A stretch of DNA of 40,698 nucleotides from Patescibacteria group bacterium (GCA_015485505.1 WFTK01000020.1:1-40698), one strand, 5' to 3'; positions 16,961 through 26,146 are shown, counted from the first letter of the stretch. Numbers and translations: made by a program. The notes: generated by a model from the letters alone, not told the origin.

Positions 16961-17953
16961 ATGAGTGATATTACTATAGCAGTATTGCGAGGTGGGCCAT
17001 CTAGCGAGTATGCCGTATCTCTTAAGACGGGGGCCGCTATTATAGACGCACTCTCAGAGAGTTATAAGATTATAGATATACTTATAGATAGGCAAGGGCA
17101 GTGGCACCGCAATGGCTTACCTATGGAGCCGGCACAGGCTCTGCTTAGTGCAGACGTTGCTGTGTTGGCCTTACACGGAGAGTACGGCGAGGACGGGCAA
17201 GTACAGAGACTCTTAGACGAGCTTGGCATACCTTACACAGGTTCAGGAGCTCACGAGTCAGCATTGGCTATACATAAGGCTCGTACGCACTTGACTGTAG
17301 AGAGCTTGCCTATGATCAAGCTCCCAGAGCATCACCTAGTGAGAGAGGATGATGGGGTGGACTATGATGCTATTGCTAGAGATGTCTTCTCTCGTTTTGG
17401 GCCGCCATACATTGTTAAGCCTGTTAGAGGTGGCTCATCAGTGGGGCTAGTGGTGGCTAAGACTATTGCAGAGTTGCCTAGTGCTATAGAGCATGTTGCT
17501 AATGTCTCTGGTAGTCAGCAGGTATTAGTAGAGCAACTTATACAAGGCAAGGAGGCTACATGTGGAGTGGTAGAGCAACTCAGAGATGAGGATTATTATA
17601 CATTGCCACCAGTAGAGGTAGTACCACCCAAGAGTAAGGGTGGCTTATATGATTATGAGGCCAAGTACTCTAGCGACCCAGAGGTACATGCACAGATGAT
17701 CTGCCCGGCTACCTTCTCTCATGAGCAAAAATTGCAGATACAAGATGCTGCTAAAGCGGTGCACAAGGTAATGGGCTTGCAACATTACTCTCGTTCTGAT
17801 TTTATACTCGCTCCACATGGACTCTACTTCTTAGAGGTTAATACTCTGCCGGGGCTAACACAGCAATCACTAATACCACACTCACTAGAGGCAATAGGCT
17901 CTAACCTAAAAGAGTTCTTAGAGCACATCACAGAGCTGGCTTTAAATAAGTAA
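16961..17953 (+). CDS. ddl: D-alanine--D-alanine ligase
   Basis: It has an ATP-grasp fold (IVKPVRGGSSVGL, EATCGV, FLEVNTLPGLT). It is 330 aa. Confidence 0.95.
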   Translation: MSDITIAVLRGGPSSEYAVSLKTGAAIIDALSESYKIIDILIDRQGQWHRNGLPMEPAQALLSADVAVLALHGEYGEDGQVQRLLDELGIPYTGSGAHESALAIHKARTHLTVESLPMIKLPEHHLVREDDGVDYDAIARDVFSRFGPPYIVKPVRGGSSVGLVVAKTIAELPSAIEHVANVSGSQQVLVEQLIQGKEATCGVVEQLRDEDYYTLPPVEVVPPKSKGGLYDYEAKYSSDPEVHAQMICPATFSHEQKLQIQDAAKAVHKVMGLQHYSRSDFILAPHGLYFLEVNTLPGLTQQSLIPHSLEAIGSNLKEFLEHITELALNK

Positions 17954-17974
17954 CACAAACTAAGATCAATGCTA

Positions 17975-18004
17975 AACACAAAAGCCCCGACGCTTTGCGC
18001 CAGG
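17975..18004 (-). terminator. Possible intrinsic terminator of tRNA-Ala
   Basis: The minus strand reads CCTGGCGC-AAA-GCGTCGGG, an 8-bp stem with two G-U pairs, followed by GCTTTTGTGTTT. The stem is weak and the loop is short. Confidence 0.35.
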
Positions 18005-18019
18005 ACTTAGTGTTTTATG

Positions 18020-18093
18020 TGGACCAGAGAGGATTCGAACCCCCGGCCTCCTCAGTGCAAGTGAGGCGCTCTAGCCAACTGAGCTACTGGCCC
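18020..18093 (-). tRNA. tRNA-Ala (anticodon UGC)
   Basis: The minus strand reads GGGCCAGTAGCTCAGTTGGCTAGAGCGCCTCACTTGCACTGAGGAGGCCGGGGGTTCGAATCCTCTCTGGTCCA. It folds as a cloverleaf with anticodon loop CTTGCAC, the G3:U70 alanine identity pair and the T-loop TTCGAAT. The CCA end is not encoded. Confidence 0.95.
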
Positions 18094-18132
18094 GTGCACA
18101 TTAGTCTGAAATATCAGATTAATGTGCACGGG
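18091..18132. repeat. 42-nt hairpin abutting and overlapping the tRNA-Ala 5' end, flanked by a CTGGCCC direct repeat
   Basis: CCCGTGCACATTAGTCTGA-AATA-TCAGATTAATGTGCACGGG forms 19 pairs, one of them a G-T that is a wobble only in plus-sense RNA. CTGGCCC occurs at 18087-18093 (the first 7 nt of the tRNA) and again at 18133-18139. Confidence 0.85.
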
Positions 18133-18269
18133 CTGGCCCAACTCACATAATCTCGATATTAGAATAATATGACAGTAATATAACCAAAAGTTATATGCTC
18201 GCCATTTTACATTACTTTCTAATTAGCGCAAGTGTCTCTTGATTAATGGGCTAGTAATTATTTTTACTA

Positions 18270-18335
18270 TGGGGGATTGTGGATAAGTTATTTGGTGTTG
18301 TGGGGGGTAGTGGTGTATAGTGGGGCGTAGTGGGA
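18270..18335 (+). promoter_or_regulatory. Array of 10-bp-phased TGG(G) direct repeats upstream of mraZ (candidate MraZ operator)
   Basis: Positions 18301-18340 read TGGGGGGTAG TGGTGTATAG TGGGGCGTAG TGGGAGATAC, with TGG at 18301, 18311, 18321 and 18331. Further TGG copies lie at 18270, 18280 and 18293. The array ends about 40 nt before the mraZ ATG. Confidence 0.6.
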
Positions 18336-18374
18336 GATACGCAGAAATGCATTAAAACTCTCACAAGTGCGCAT

Positions 18375-18809
18375 ATGTTATTAGGAGAATTTACTCATAC
18401 ACTAGATGACAAAAACAGGCTGACACTGCCTGCCAAGTTCAAGAGTGAGTTGAGTAAGACTATCGTAATAACGCGTGGGTTGGATAGTTCTTTGTTTGTG
18501 TACTCACAAGAGGAGTGGGAGAAGATAACTGACAAGTTAGCTAACCTCCCAATGACTGATGGCGACTCTAGGGGCTTCTCTAGATTCTTCTTAGCTGGGG
18601 CTACTGAGACCCAGTTAGACAAGGCCGGGAGAGTCGTAGTGCCAGAGCATCTTAAGCAATTTGCAAAGCTTAAGAAGGATGTAGTGCTAGCAGGAGTACA
18701 GAGTAGGGTTGAGCTCTGGGATGCAAAGCTCTGGAGGTCATACACACAAAGGATAGAGAAGGATGCCGATCTAATGGCGGGGAAGTTGGGAGAGATAGGA
18801 GTTCTTTAG
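18375..18809 (+). CDS. mraZ: Transcriptional regulator MraZ
   Basis: It has two SpoVT/AbrB-like repeats (LDDKNRLTLPAKF and LDKAGRVVVPEHL). The canonical start MLLGEF is at 18375; the track ORF starts at GTG 18330, inside the repeat array. Confidence 0.9.
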   Translation: MLLGEFTHTLDDKNRLTLPAKFKSELSKTIVITRGLDSSLFVYSQEEWEKITDKLANLPMTDGDSRGFSRFFLAGATETQLDKAGRVVVPEHLKQFAKLKKDVVLAGVQSRVELWDAKLWRSYTQRIEKDADLMAGKLGEIGVL

Positions 18810-18848
18810 TTTAGTATCGTTGTCGCTCTGAGCGGCTGGAGGAATTTT

Positions 18849-19823
18849 ATGAATGTCATGCGCACACTTAACAATCATAGCCACTCCTCCACCGGCTCAG
18901 GACCGCAACAAGTTGGTACTGACATGCAGACAGTGCATGTACCTGTTCTTTTACAAGAAGTACTTGATAACTTAAACCTTAGAGAGGGAGATATTGTGCT
19001 AGACGGTACTCTCGGGGGTGGAGGTCATAGCAAGGTTATGGGGTCAGTAATTGGCAAGAGTGGTACACTAATAGGCTTAGACGCAGACTCTGTGGCTATC
19101 AAGAGGGCAGATGCAAGATTATCCGAACTTGAATGTACTAAGTACTTAGTGCAACAGAACTTTCGAAACCTTGATACGGTGTTAGATACTCTAGGTATTA
19201 AAAGTGTTGATGCCTCACTCTTTGACCTTGGTCTCTCTAGCGACCAGCTAGAGGTGAGTGGTAGAGGCTTCACCTTTAGAGAGGATGAGCCACTCGAGAT
19301 GACACTTAGCGACTCTATAGGCGAGGATACCCTAACAGCTAAAGAGATAGTTAATGAGTGGGGAGAGGAGTCTCTGGCAGACATCATATATGGCTATGGT
19401 GGCGAGAGATACTCTAGACGCATAGCATCAGCTATTGTTAGTGCGAGAGAGGAGAGTGAGATATCTACAACCGCTCAGTTAGTAGAGATCATCAACTCAG
19501 CAGTGCCAGCCTCATATAGGCATGGGCGCACTAACCCTGCTACTAAGACCTTCCAAGCCTTGCGTATTACTGTTAACGATGAGCTTGGAGCAGCTAAGGA
19601 GGCACTCGAGAAAGTGTTGGGCTACACAGCCTCAGGCGGGCGTATCGCAGTCATTACCTTCCATTCTCTTGAGGACAGGTTGGTGAAGAGGCTCTTTAAG
19701 AGTTGGAGGCAAGAGGGCAAGGGACAGATAATAACTAAAAAGCCTATAGTGCCAACAGAGGAGGAGATAATAGAGAACAAGAGAGCAAGGAGCAGTAAGT
19801 TACGAGTATTTCAAAAAGTATAG
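18849..19823 (+). CDS. rsmH: 16S rRNA (cytosine1402-N4)-methyltransferase
   Basis: It has HVPVLLQEVL, DGTLGGGGHS and AVITFHSLEDRLVK. A GGAGG sits 5 nt upstream of ATG 18849; an alternative start is Met26 at 18924. Confidence 0.9.
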   Translation: MNVMRTLNNHSHSSTGSGPQQVGTDMQTVHVPVLLQEVLDNLNLREGDIVLDGTLGGGGHSKVMGSVIGKSGTLIGLDADSVAIKRADARLSELECTKYLVQQNFRNLDTVLDTLGIKSVDASLFDLGLSSDQLEVSGRGFTFREDEPLEMTLSDSIGEDTLTAKEIVNEWGEESLADIIYGYGGERYSRRIASAIVSAREESEISTTAQLVEIINSAVPASYRHGRTNPATKTFQALRITVNDELGAAKEALEKVLGYTASGGRIAVITFHSLEDRLVKRLFKSWRQEGKGQIITKKPIVPTEEEIIENKRARSSKLRVFQKV

Positions 19824-19851
19824 ATATAAATAAAATAATAAATTAACTGAG

Positions 19852-20172
19852 ATGAATAATATAAAAAGACAAAGAGGACGAGTGAGAGTGCAGGTGATAA
19901 AGCTTAGGACCTTTACATTCCTACTACTGCTTGTAACAGTGCTTATGTCTAGTTATGTTGTACTTATTGGAGCTAGCGTAAAGAGCGTGGTAGAGCGTAA
20001 GGATGCGGAGGCGAGAGCGGCAGCATTGCGCGCCGAGATTGCAGAGATGGAAAAGGAGTATATAACTCGTGTGGGAGATATTACTCTTGATAGAGCTGAT
20101 GGTTTAGGCTTAACACGAGTTGCATCTAAGGGCTTCTCAGAGAGGAGAGTCTTAGTTGGACAGGCTAATTAA
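19852..20172 (+). CDS. ftsL: FtsL-like small bitopic division protein
   Basis: At 106 aa it has a basic N-terminus, one TM helix and a coiled-coil segment. It lies between rsmH and ftsI. The call rests on position and architecture only. Confidence 0.5.
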   Translation: MNNIKRQRGRVRVQVIKLRTFTFLLLLVTVLMSSYVVLIGASVKSVVERKDAEARAAALRAEIAEMEKEYITRVGDITLDRADGLGLTRVASKGFSERRVLVGQAN

Positions 20173-20184
20173 TTTTAAAGAGGT

Positions 20185-21891
20185 ATGCGTAAGACTCTAG
20201 TAATACGCATATGGATAATGATTGGTACAGTAGCTTTTATAACACTCTTATTAATATGGAGGTTGTTTAACTTGCAAATCACACACGGAGAGGCATATAA
20301 GCTTGAGGCGTCTCATCAATATGTGAACTCCAAGGAGGGGATTTTTGACAGAGGTAATATATTTACAATAAGTAGAAATGGCTCTAAGATAGCTGCGGCT
20401 ACAGTGCGTACTCGTTATGTCTTTGCTATAGACCCGCGGAGGATTGAGGATGCGGAGGCAACCTACAATGCTATTAATAAGATAGTGCAGGTAGATAAAG
20501 AGGATTATAATAAGAAAGCTTCAAAGACAAAAGATCCCTACGAGGTGCTGGTGAAAGACATAGACGAGAGTAAGGCTAAAGAGCTTAAAGCGCTAGATTT
20601 GCCAGGGCTTGTGCTATCACCAAAGCGTAAGAGGTACTATCCCGGAGACTCTTTTGCCTCGCATTTAATAGGCTTTGTAGGTTTCGATGAGAATAATAAT
20701 AAGGTAGGCAGATATGGCCTTGAGAGATATTATAATGATATCTTAGAGAGAGACTCTAGTAACTTGTATGTTAATTTCTTTGCTGAGTTGTTCACTAATC
20801 TATCAGGTACACTCACAGGAGAGAAGGGGGAGGGGGATATAGTGCTGACTATAGATCCTGATGTACAGGTGTTTTTAGAGAAGGAGCTTGCACAGACTAA
20901 AGAGAGATGGCAGAGTAAAATGACCTCCGGTATAGTGATGGATCCTCAGAGTGGTGAGATATTGGCGATGGCTACTACACCGGGCTTTGATTTGAACAAC
21001 TTTAACAATGTCTCTGACGTGAGTTTTGCAAACCCACTAGTCAGTGGAGTATATGAGATGGGCTCTATTGTAAAGGTGCTAACAATGGCAATAGGTATAG
21101 ATACCGGAGCTGTAACTAAAGATACAACATATAACGACAAGGGTAGTATAACCTTAAATGGCGCTACAATACACAATTATGACAATAAAGGCAGGGGGGT
21201 TGTACCTATGCAAGAGGTACTTAGTCAATCTCTTAATACTGGCGTAGCCTTTATAGCTAATAAGGTTGGTCATGCCAAGATGCGTGAGTACTTTATAGAT
21301 AGGCTGGCACTTGGCGAGGAGACCGGTATAGACTTGCCGGCTGAGGCCAGAGGCATGGTGAAGAATTTAGAGAGTCCTCGTGAGCTTGAGTTTGCTACAG
21401 CGAGCTTTGGGCAGGGTGTGGCATTTACTCCCATAGAGACGATAAGAGCTTTGGCAGCAGTAGCCAATGGCGGTTATATGGTGCAGCCTCATGTAGTTAG
21501 GAGTATTGAGTATACAAATGGTTTAACTAAAAAGTTTGATTACACAGACCAAAAGGAAAGAGTGTTTAAAAAAGAGACAACAGACGACATAGCACAGATG
21601 CTTACTAAAATCGTTGATGAGGTATTAGCTGGAGGTCAGTATAAGAAGGAGCACTACTCACTGGGTGTTAAGACAGGTACTGCTCAACTTGCAGATGCCG
21701 GAGGATATCGCAAGGATGCATATTTACATACATACTTTGGCTACGGGCCATCATACGATGCTAAATTTATAGTATTACTTATGAATCTTGAGCCAATAGG
21801 CGCTAAGTATGCATCAGAGACCCTTACAGAGCCGTTTATGAATATCTCCGACTTCTTAATAAATCACCTCGAGATACCTCCAGATAGATAG
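20185..21891 (+). CDS. ftsI: Class B penicillin-binding protein (FtsI/PBP2 transpeptidase)
   Basis: It has an N-terminal TM anchor, a PBP dimerisation domain, and the SxxK (SIVK), SxN (SLN) and KTG (KTGTA) motifs. Confidence 0.85.
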   Translation: MRKTLVIRIWIMIGTVAFITLLLIWRLFNLQITHGEAYKLEASHQYVNSKEGIFDRGNIFTISRNGSKIAAATVRTRYVFAIDPRRIEDAEATYNAINKIVQVDKEDYNKKASKTKDPYEVLVKDIDESKAKELKALDLPGLVLSPKRKRYYPGDSFASHLIGFVGFDENNNKVGRYGLERYYNDILERDSSNLYVNFFAELFTNLSGTLTGEKGEGDIVLTIDPDVQVFLEKELAQTKERWQSKMTSGIVMDPQSGEILAMATTPGFDLNNFNNVSDVSFANPLVSGVYEMGSIVKVLTMAIGIDTGAVTKDTTYNDKGSITLNGATIHNYDNKGRGVVPMQEVLSQSLNTGVAFIANKVGHAKMREYFIDRLALGEETGIDLPAEARGMVKNLESPRELEFATASFGQGVAFTPIETIRALAAVANGGYMVQPHVVRSIEYTNGLTKKFDYTDQKERVFKKETTDDIAQMLTKIVDEVLAGGQYKKEHYSLGVKTGTAQLADAGGYRKDAYLHTYFGYGPSYDAKFIVLLMNLEPIGAKYASETLTEPFMNISDFLINHLEIPPDR

Positions 21892-21929
21892 AGGTGTACT
21901 ACAGGTGTAATCTGGTATACTATCTAATA

Positions 21930-24900
21930 ATGAAAGTGAAGATTACTCCAGAGTTTACCAAGAAGTATAAGATGCTAAACCCGGCACAGAAGCGGGCTGT
22001 AGATGCCATAGAGGGGCCAGTGATGGTGATAGCTGGACCGGGCACGGGTAAGACACAGATACTCACACTCCGCATTGCCAACATACTACGCAAGACAGAC
22101 ACACCGGCAGACGCTATCTTGGCGCTAACTTTTACAGAGGCAGCAGCAGCGAATATGAAGCGCAGGCTTGTGGCGATGATAGGCCCTGAGGGCTATAAGG
22201 TGCGAGTGCACACCTTCCATGGCTTTGCTAACTCACTTATACAAGATTATCCAGACGGTTTCCCTCGCTTTGTCGGCTCTTCTGCTATGACAGACATTGA
22301 GAAGCTCTTACTGATAGCGCGCATCTTAGATGCAGTGGAGTATAAAGAGCTCAAGCCCTTTTATGACAATCATGCCTACTTAAAGAATATTATGGGAGCT
22401 ATCTCATCTCTCAAGCGTGATGGCATCTTGCCTGGGCAGTTTGCCAGCTTTATTGAGCAACAAGGTGAGGAGTTCTATGCTCGTGATGACTTATATAACA
22501 AAAAGACAGGCATACTAAAGACGGCACACAAGACATTTGAAAATAAGATTAAGAGGAGTAAGGAGCTAGCAAGAGTGTATGCCTCCTATGAGGAGCGCTT
22601 GCAAGAGGAGCGCCTATATGACTTTGAGGATATGATATTAGAGGTAGTGAAGATGATGAGGGAGGATCAAGACTTTAAGCTCCAAGTGCAAGAGAACTTC
22701 CTCTATGTATTGGCAGATGAGCATCAAGATGCTAACGATGCACAGAATGCCTTGCTTGAGCTACTTACAGACTTCCACGACTCACCGAACCTCTTTATAG
22801 TTGGAGATGAGAAGCAGGCTATATACCGCTTCCAAGGGGCATCTTTGCAAAACTTCCTTTACTTTAAAGATAAGTTTAAGGATGTAACCCTTGTAGAGCT
22901 CCAAGACTCATATCGCTCTGGGCAAGAGATACTAGATGCCGGGTACAAGCTTATGGAGAGTATGGGAGACGATATTAAGCGAGTTAAGCTAGCATCAAAA
23001 GTAGGGATTACAGGTGCTGAAGTATCTCTTAAGGTTTATAGTGATGATAATACAGAGGCATTACTTGTGGCTAAGCAGATACGAGGGCTTATAGATGATG
23101 GCGTGGAGCCTAGTGAGATAGCAATACTACACCGCACTAATGCCGATGCCGACCCTATTGCTCGCGCACTCTCACAAGTTGGTGTGCAATACTCTATAGA
23201 GAGTGACACTAATGCGCTTGAGGACCGCGACTTGCGTAAGTTTTTACTCCTATTACAAGCTATTGCGCACTTCGGTGATGATGAGCTCCTTGCGCGAGCT
23301 TTGCACGCCGACTTCCTCTCTCTTGATGAGCTGGATATTTATAAAGTGACAAAGGCCTACCGCAGGGCAAGAGGCAAGAGCTTGCACGATATATTACTTG
23401 ATGAGAAGGTGCTTAAGAGTCTCTCACTTAAGAACCTTAAGCAGATGCAGATCTTCGCTAAGAGATTTATAAAGTTTGCTAAGCGAGCTAAGCAAGAGAG
23501 CGTTGCCGAGCTTATAAATGAGGCTCTTGAGCAATTTGGCTTCCTAAGCTTCGCGCTCGCACGGCCCAATAGCTTTGACCTCTTAGAGAAGCTCCGCGCC
23601 CTCCTTAAAGATGCCGAGACGATGGCAAGTGGTAATCTAGACTACACTCTTAAAGACTTTATAGAGCACCTAGAGCTCCTTCAGAGACATGGCCTCGCTA
23701 TCAATAAGAGCTCCTCAGGTGCTAATAAGCATGCAGTTAAGCTCTATACAGCACACAAGAGTAAGGGGCTTGAGTTTGAGCATGTATTTCTCGTGCGGGC
23801 ATATGACGGCAAGTGGGGTACTCGCAGGTCGTTTGAGAAGTTTTTATTACCTGTCCAAGACACAACTCAAGATCAAGATGACGCGGATGAGCGCAGACTC
23901 TTCTTTGTAGCTCTTACACGCGCCAAGCTTGCCGTGCATATATCATATGGCTTACTCTCAGACTCGCAAAAGGAGCGCTTGCCAAGTAAGTTTATCACCG
24001 CACTTGAAGGCACATATATAGATAAAACTGCAGAGGCAGAGATAGAGGAGGGCAAGCTCTCTCCACAAGAGTTCCTTAAAGTGCCAGAGCGTAGCTCTAA
24101 GACATTTGCCGATGTAGACTTTTTGCAAGGGCTCTTTATAGAGCAGGGGCTCTCTGTCACTGCTCTTAACAACTTCATAGACTGCCCGTGGAAGTTCTTC
24201 TACAGCAACCTCATCCGCATACCCAAGATGCCAACTAAGTATATGCTCCTTGGTAATGCTGTACACTTTGCACTCGACATACTCCACCAGGGGGCAAATA
24301 AGGGCAAGAGTTATACAGATGCAGAGCTCCGTGAGCTCCTTAAGGACTTCCTCCGCTCTAAGACACTCTCAGAGCAAGTATATAACGAGGCATTAGAGAA
24401 GGCTGACGAATACTTCTTTGATTGGCTCACTACACACAAGAGTAAGATTGGCAAATATAAGACTCTCAATGAGTATAAGGTAGATACTGAGTTTGAGACA
24501 GGCTTCCCAGAGTTACCGCAAATAAGATTAACCGGGATGCTAGACAAGGTAGAGCTCTTGAGCGATACCAAAGTGAGAGTGACAGACTATAAGACAGGCA
24601 AGCCCAAGAGTCGTAATGAGATAATAGGCAAGAACAAGAGTGCAAGTGGTGACTACTACCGTCAACTGCAATTCTATAAGTTTTTGTTAGAGCTAGAGGG
24701 TAAGTACAACTTGCAAGAAGCTGTACTAGACTTCGTCCAACGTAAGGATAACGGCAAGATGATCCAAGAGGCCTTCACAGATAGTGAGCTCACAAACCTA
24801 GAGGGTGCAAAGCAGACTTACGAAGGACTAAAAGAAAAAATAAAAGAAACCACAAAATCAATCTACAACCTAGACTTCTGGAACGACAGATGCAAAAACC

Positions 24901-24947
24901 ACGAAAAAGGCAAATGCGAATATTGCCAATTAAGGGACATGATATAA
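21930..24947 (+). CDS. UvrD/PcrA-type SF1 helicase fused to a C-terminal PD-(D/E)XK nuclease with a 1+3 cysteine cluster (AddA/AddB/Cas4-like)
   Basis: The helicase part has Walker A AGPGTGKT and DExQD (LADEHQDAN). The C-terminal ~250 aa have FIDCPWKFFY (first Cys), GMLDKVE and VTDYKTGK (D..D-x-K), YYRQLQFY (QxxxY), and a terminal CKNHEKGKCEYC. I call the start at Met13 of the track ORF. Confidence 0.8.
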   Translation: MKVKITPEFTKKYKMLNPAQKRAVDAIEGPVMVIAGPGTGKTQILTLRIANILRKTDTPADAILALTFTEAAAANMKRRLVAMIGPEGYKVRVHTFHGFANSLIQDYPDGFPRFVGSSAMTDIEKLLLIARILDAVEYKELKPFYDNHAYLKNIMGAISSLKRDGILPGQFASFIEQQGEEFYARDDLYNKKTGILKTAHKTFENKIKRSKELARVYASYEERLQEERLYDFEDMILEVVKMMREDQDFKLQVQENFLYVLADEHQDANDAQNALLELLTDFHDSPNLFIVGDEKQAIYRFQGASLQNFLYFKDKFKDVTLVELQDSYRSGQEILDAGYKLMESMGDDIKRVKLASKVGITGAEVSLKVYSDDNTEALLVAKQIRGLIDDGVEPSEIAILHRTNADADPIARALSQVGVQYSIESDTNALEDRDLRKFLLLLQAIAHFGDDELLARALHADFLSLDELDIYKVTKAYRRARGKSLHDILLDEKVLKSLSLKNLKQMQIFAKRFIKFAKRAKQESVAELINEALEQFGFLSFALARPNSFDLLEKLRALLKDAETMASGNLDYTLKDFIEHLELLQRHGLAINKSSSGANKHAVKLYTAHKSKGLEFEHVFLVRAYDGKWGTRRSFEKFLLPVQDTTQDQDDADERRLFFVALTRAKLAVHISYGLLSDSQKERLPSKFITALEGTYIDKTAEAEIEEGKLSPQEFLKVPERSSKTFADVDFLQGLFIEQGLSVTALNNFIDCPWKFFYSNLIRIPKMPTKYMLLGNAVHFALDILHQGANKGKSYTDAELRELLKDFLRSKTLSEQVYNEALEKADEYFFDWLTTHKSKIGKYKTLNEYKVDTEFETGFPELPQIRLTGMLDKVELLSDTKVRVTDYKTGKPKSRNEIIGKNKSASGDYYRQLQFYKFLLELEGKYNLQEAVLDFVQRKDNGKMIQEAFTDSELTNLEGAKQTYEGLKEKIKETTKSIYNLDFWNDRCKNHEKGKCEYCQLRDMI

Positions 24948-24955
24948 TTAAAGTT

Positions 24956-26146
24956 ATGAAAAGGGTGATTGTTGTGCATTATGATGAGGTGGCTTTGAAG
25001 GGTGGGAATCGGGGGTATTTTGAGGATGTTTTGATGCGGAATATTCGTGTTGGATTGCCTAAGGGTGTTGCTGTCACTCAGGAGTGGGGGAGGATGTTGG
25101 TTGATATTAATGATCAGGCTGTTGTGAGTGAGGTGCTTAACATGCTTTCACACATTCCCGGAGTAGCTACTTATGGTGCAGGTGTGAGCCTGTCTAGAGA
25201 TGAGTTGAGTGATGATCACTCTGTGATTGATGAACTTGGCAAAATGGTTACTAGCATGTTGCAAGAGTGTGAGGTTTGGAGCACCTTCCGTATAACGGCT
25301 AAGAGGGTTGATAAGGGTTTTAACATAGAGTCTAATGTGCTTGAGAGGGAGGTTGGTGATAGGGTGTTTGAGCACTTTAAGAGTGTTGGAGAGAGCAAAA
25401 GCGTGTCATTAAGAAACCCGGAGAAAGAGGTAGTAGTGGAGATACTCAATAAGAAAGTGTTGATATATATAAAAGAGAGGGGGATTAGTGGCCTGCCCGT
25501 GGGTAGCTCTGGCAAGGCGGTGGCACTGCTCTCAGGGGGCTTTGACTCTCCGGTGGCTGCATATATGCTTATGAAGCGTGGCGTGCGTATAGTTGCAATA
25601 CACTTCCATGGTATGCCACATACATCTGAGGCATCGCTTGATAAGGTCAAGAGTATTGTGAAGGTGCTTAATAACTTCTCTGGAGAGAAGAGGATTAAGT
25701 TATATATAGTGCCCGTAGAGAGGGCTATGAAGGCTATAGCCTTAGAGGGCAAGCAGAGTAAGCTCCGCCTGATATTGCTCAGGAGATTTATGAACAGGGT
25801 TGCACAAGAGGTGGCACATAAGGTGGGAGCTAAAGCTCTCGTGACAGGTGAGTCTGTCGGGCAAGTGGCATCGCAGACTCTAGAGAATATGCGAGCTACT
25901 GCCGAGTCTGTTGACTTGCCGGTGTTGAGACCTTTATGTGGGATGAATAAGCAAGAGATTATAAACATAGCCAGTGAGATAGGTACGCACGATATATCTG
26001 TATTGCCGCATGATGATACATGTGCGATGTTTATGCCTAAGAGCCCTGAGACGAAGGCTAAGATGCCAGAGGTGAGAGAGGCACTAAAGACCTATGATGA
26101 AGATACACTTGTAGAGCAAGCACTTAGTGATATGGAGCTTGTATAG
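24956..26146 (+). CDS. thiI: tRNA 4-thiouridine synthase ThiI (no rhodanese domain)
   Basis: It has an N-terminal ferredoxin-like/THUMP region and the PP-loop ALLSGGFDSPVAAYM. The start MKRVIVVHYDE is at 24956; the track ORF extension overlaps the helicase 3' end. Confidence 0.9.
   Translation: MKRVIVVHYDEVALKGGNRGYFEDVLMRNIRVGLPKGVAVTQEWGRMLVDINDQAVVSEVLNMLSHIPGVATYGAGVSLSRDELSDDHSVIDELGKMVTSMLQECEVWSTFRITAKRVDKGFNIESNVLEREVGDRVFEHFKSVGESKSVSLRNPEKEVVVEILNKKVLIYIKERGISGLPVGSSGKAVALLSGGFDSPVAAYMLMKRGVRIVAIHFHGMPHTSEASLDKVKSIVKVLNNFSGEKRIKLYIVPVERAMKAIALEGKQSKLRLILLRRFMNRVAQEVAHKVGAKALVTGESVGQVASQTLENMRATAESVDLPVLRPLCGMNKQEIINIASEIGTHDISVLPHDDTCAMFMPKSPETKAKMPEVREALKTYDEDTLVEQALSDMELV

Noticed and set aside
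18270-18340. Whether the short phased repeats upstream of mraZ could be a CRISPR or other repeat array.
   Set aside because: The period is only 10 bp and there are no spacers. The position and the TGGGN-like motif fit an MraZ operator.
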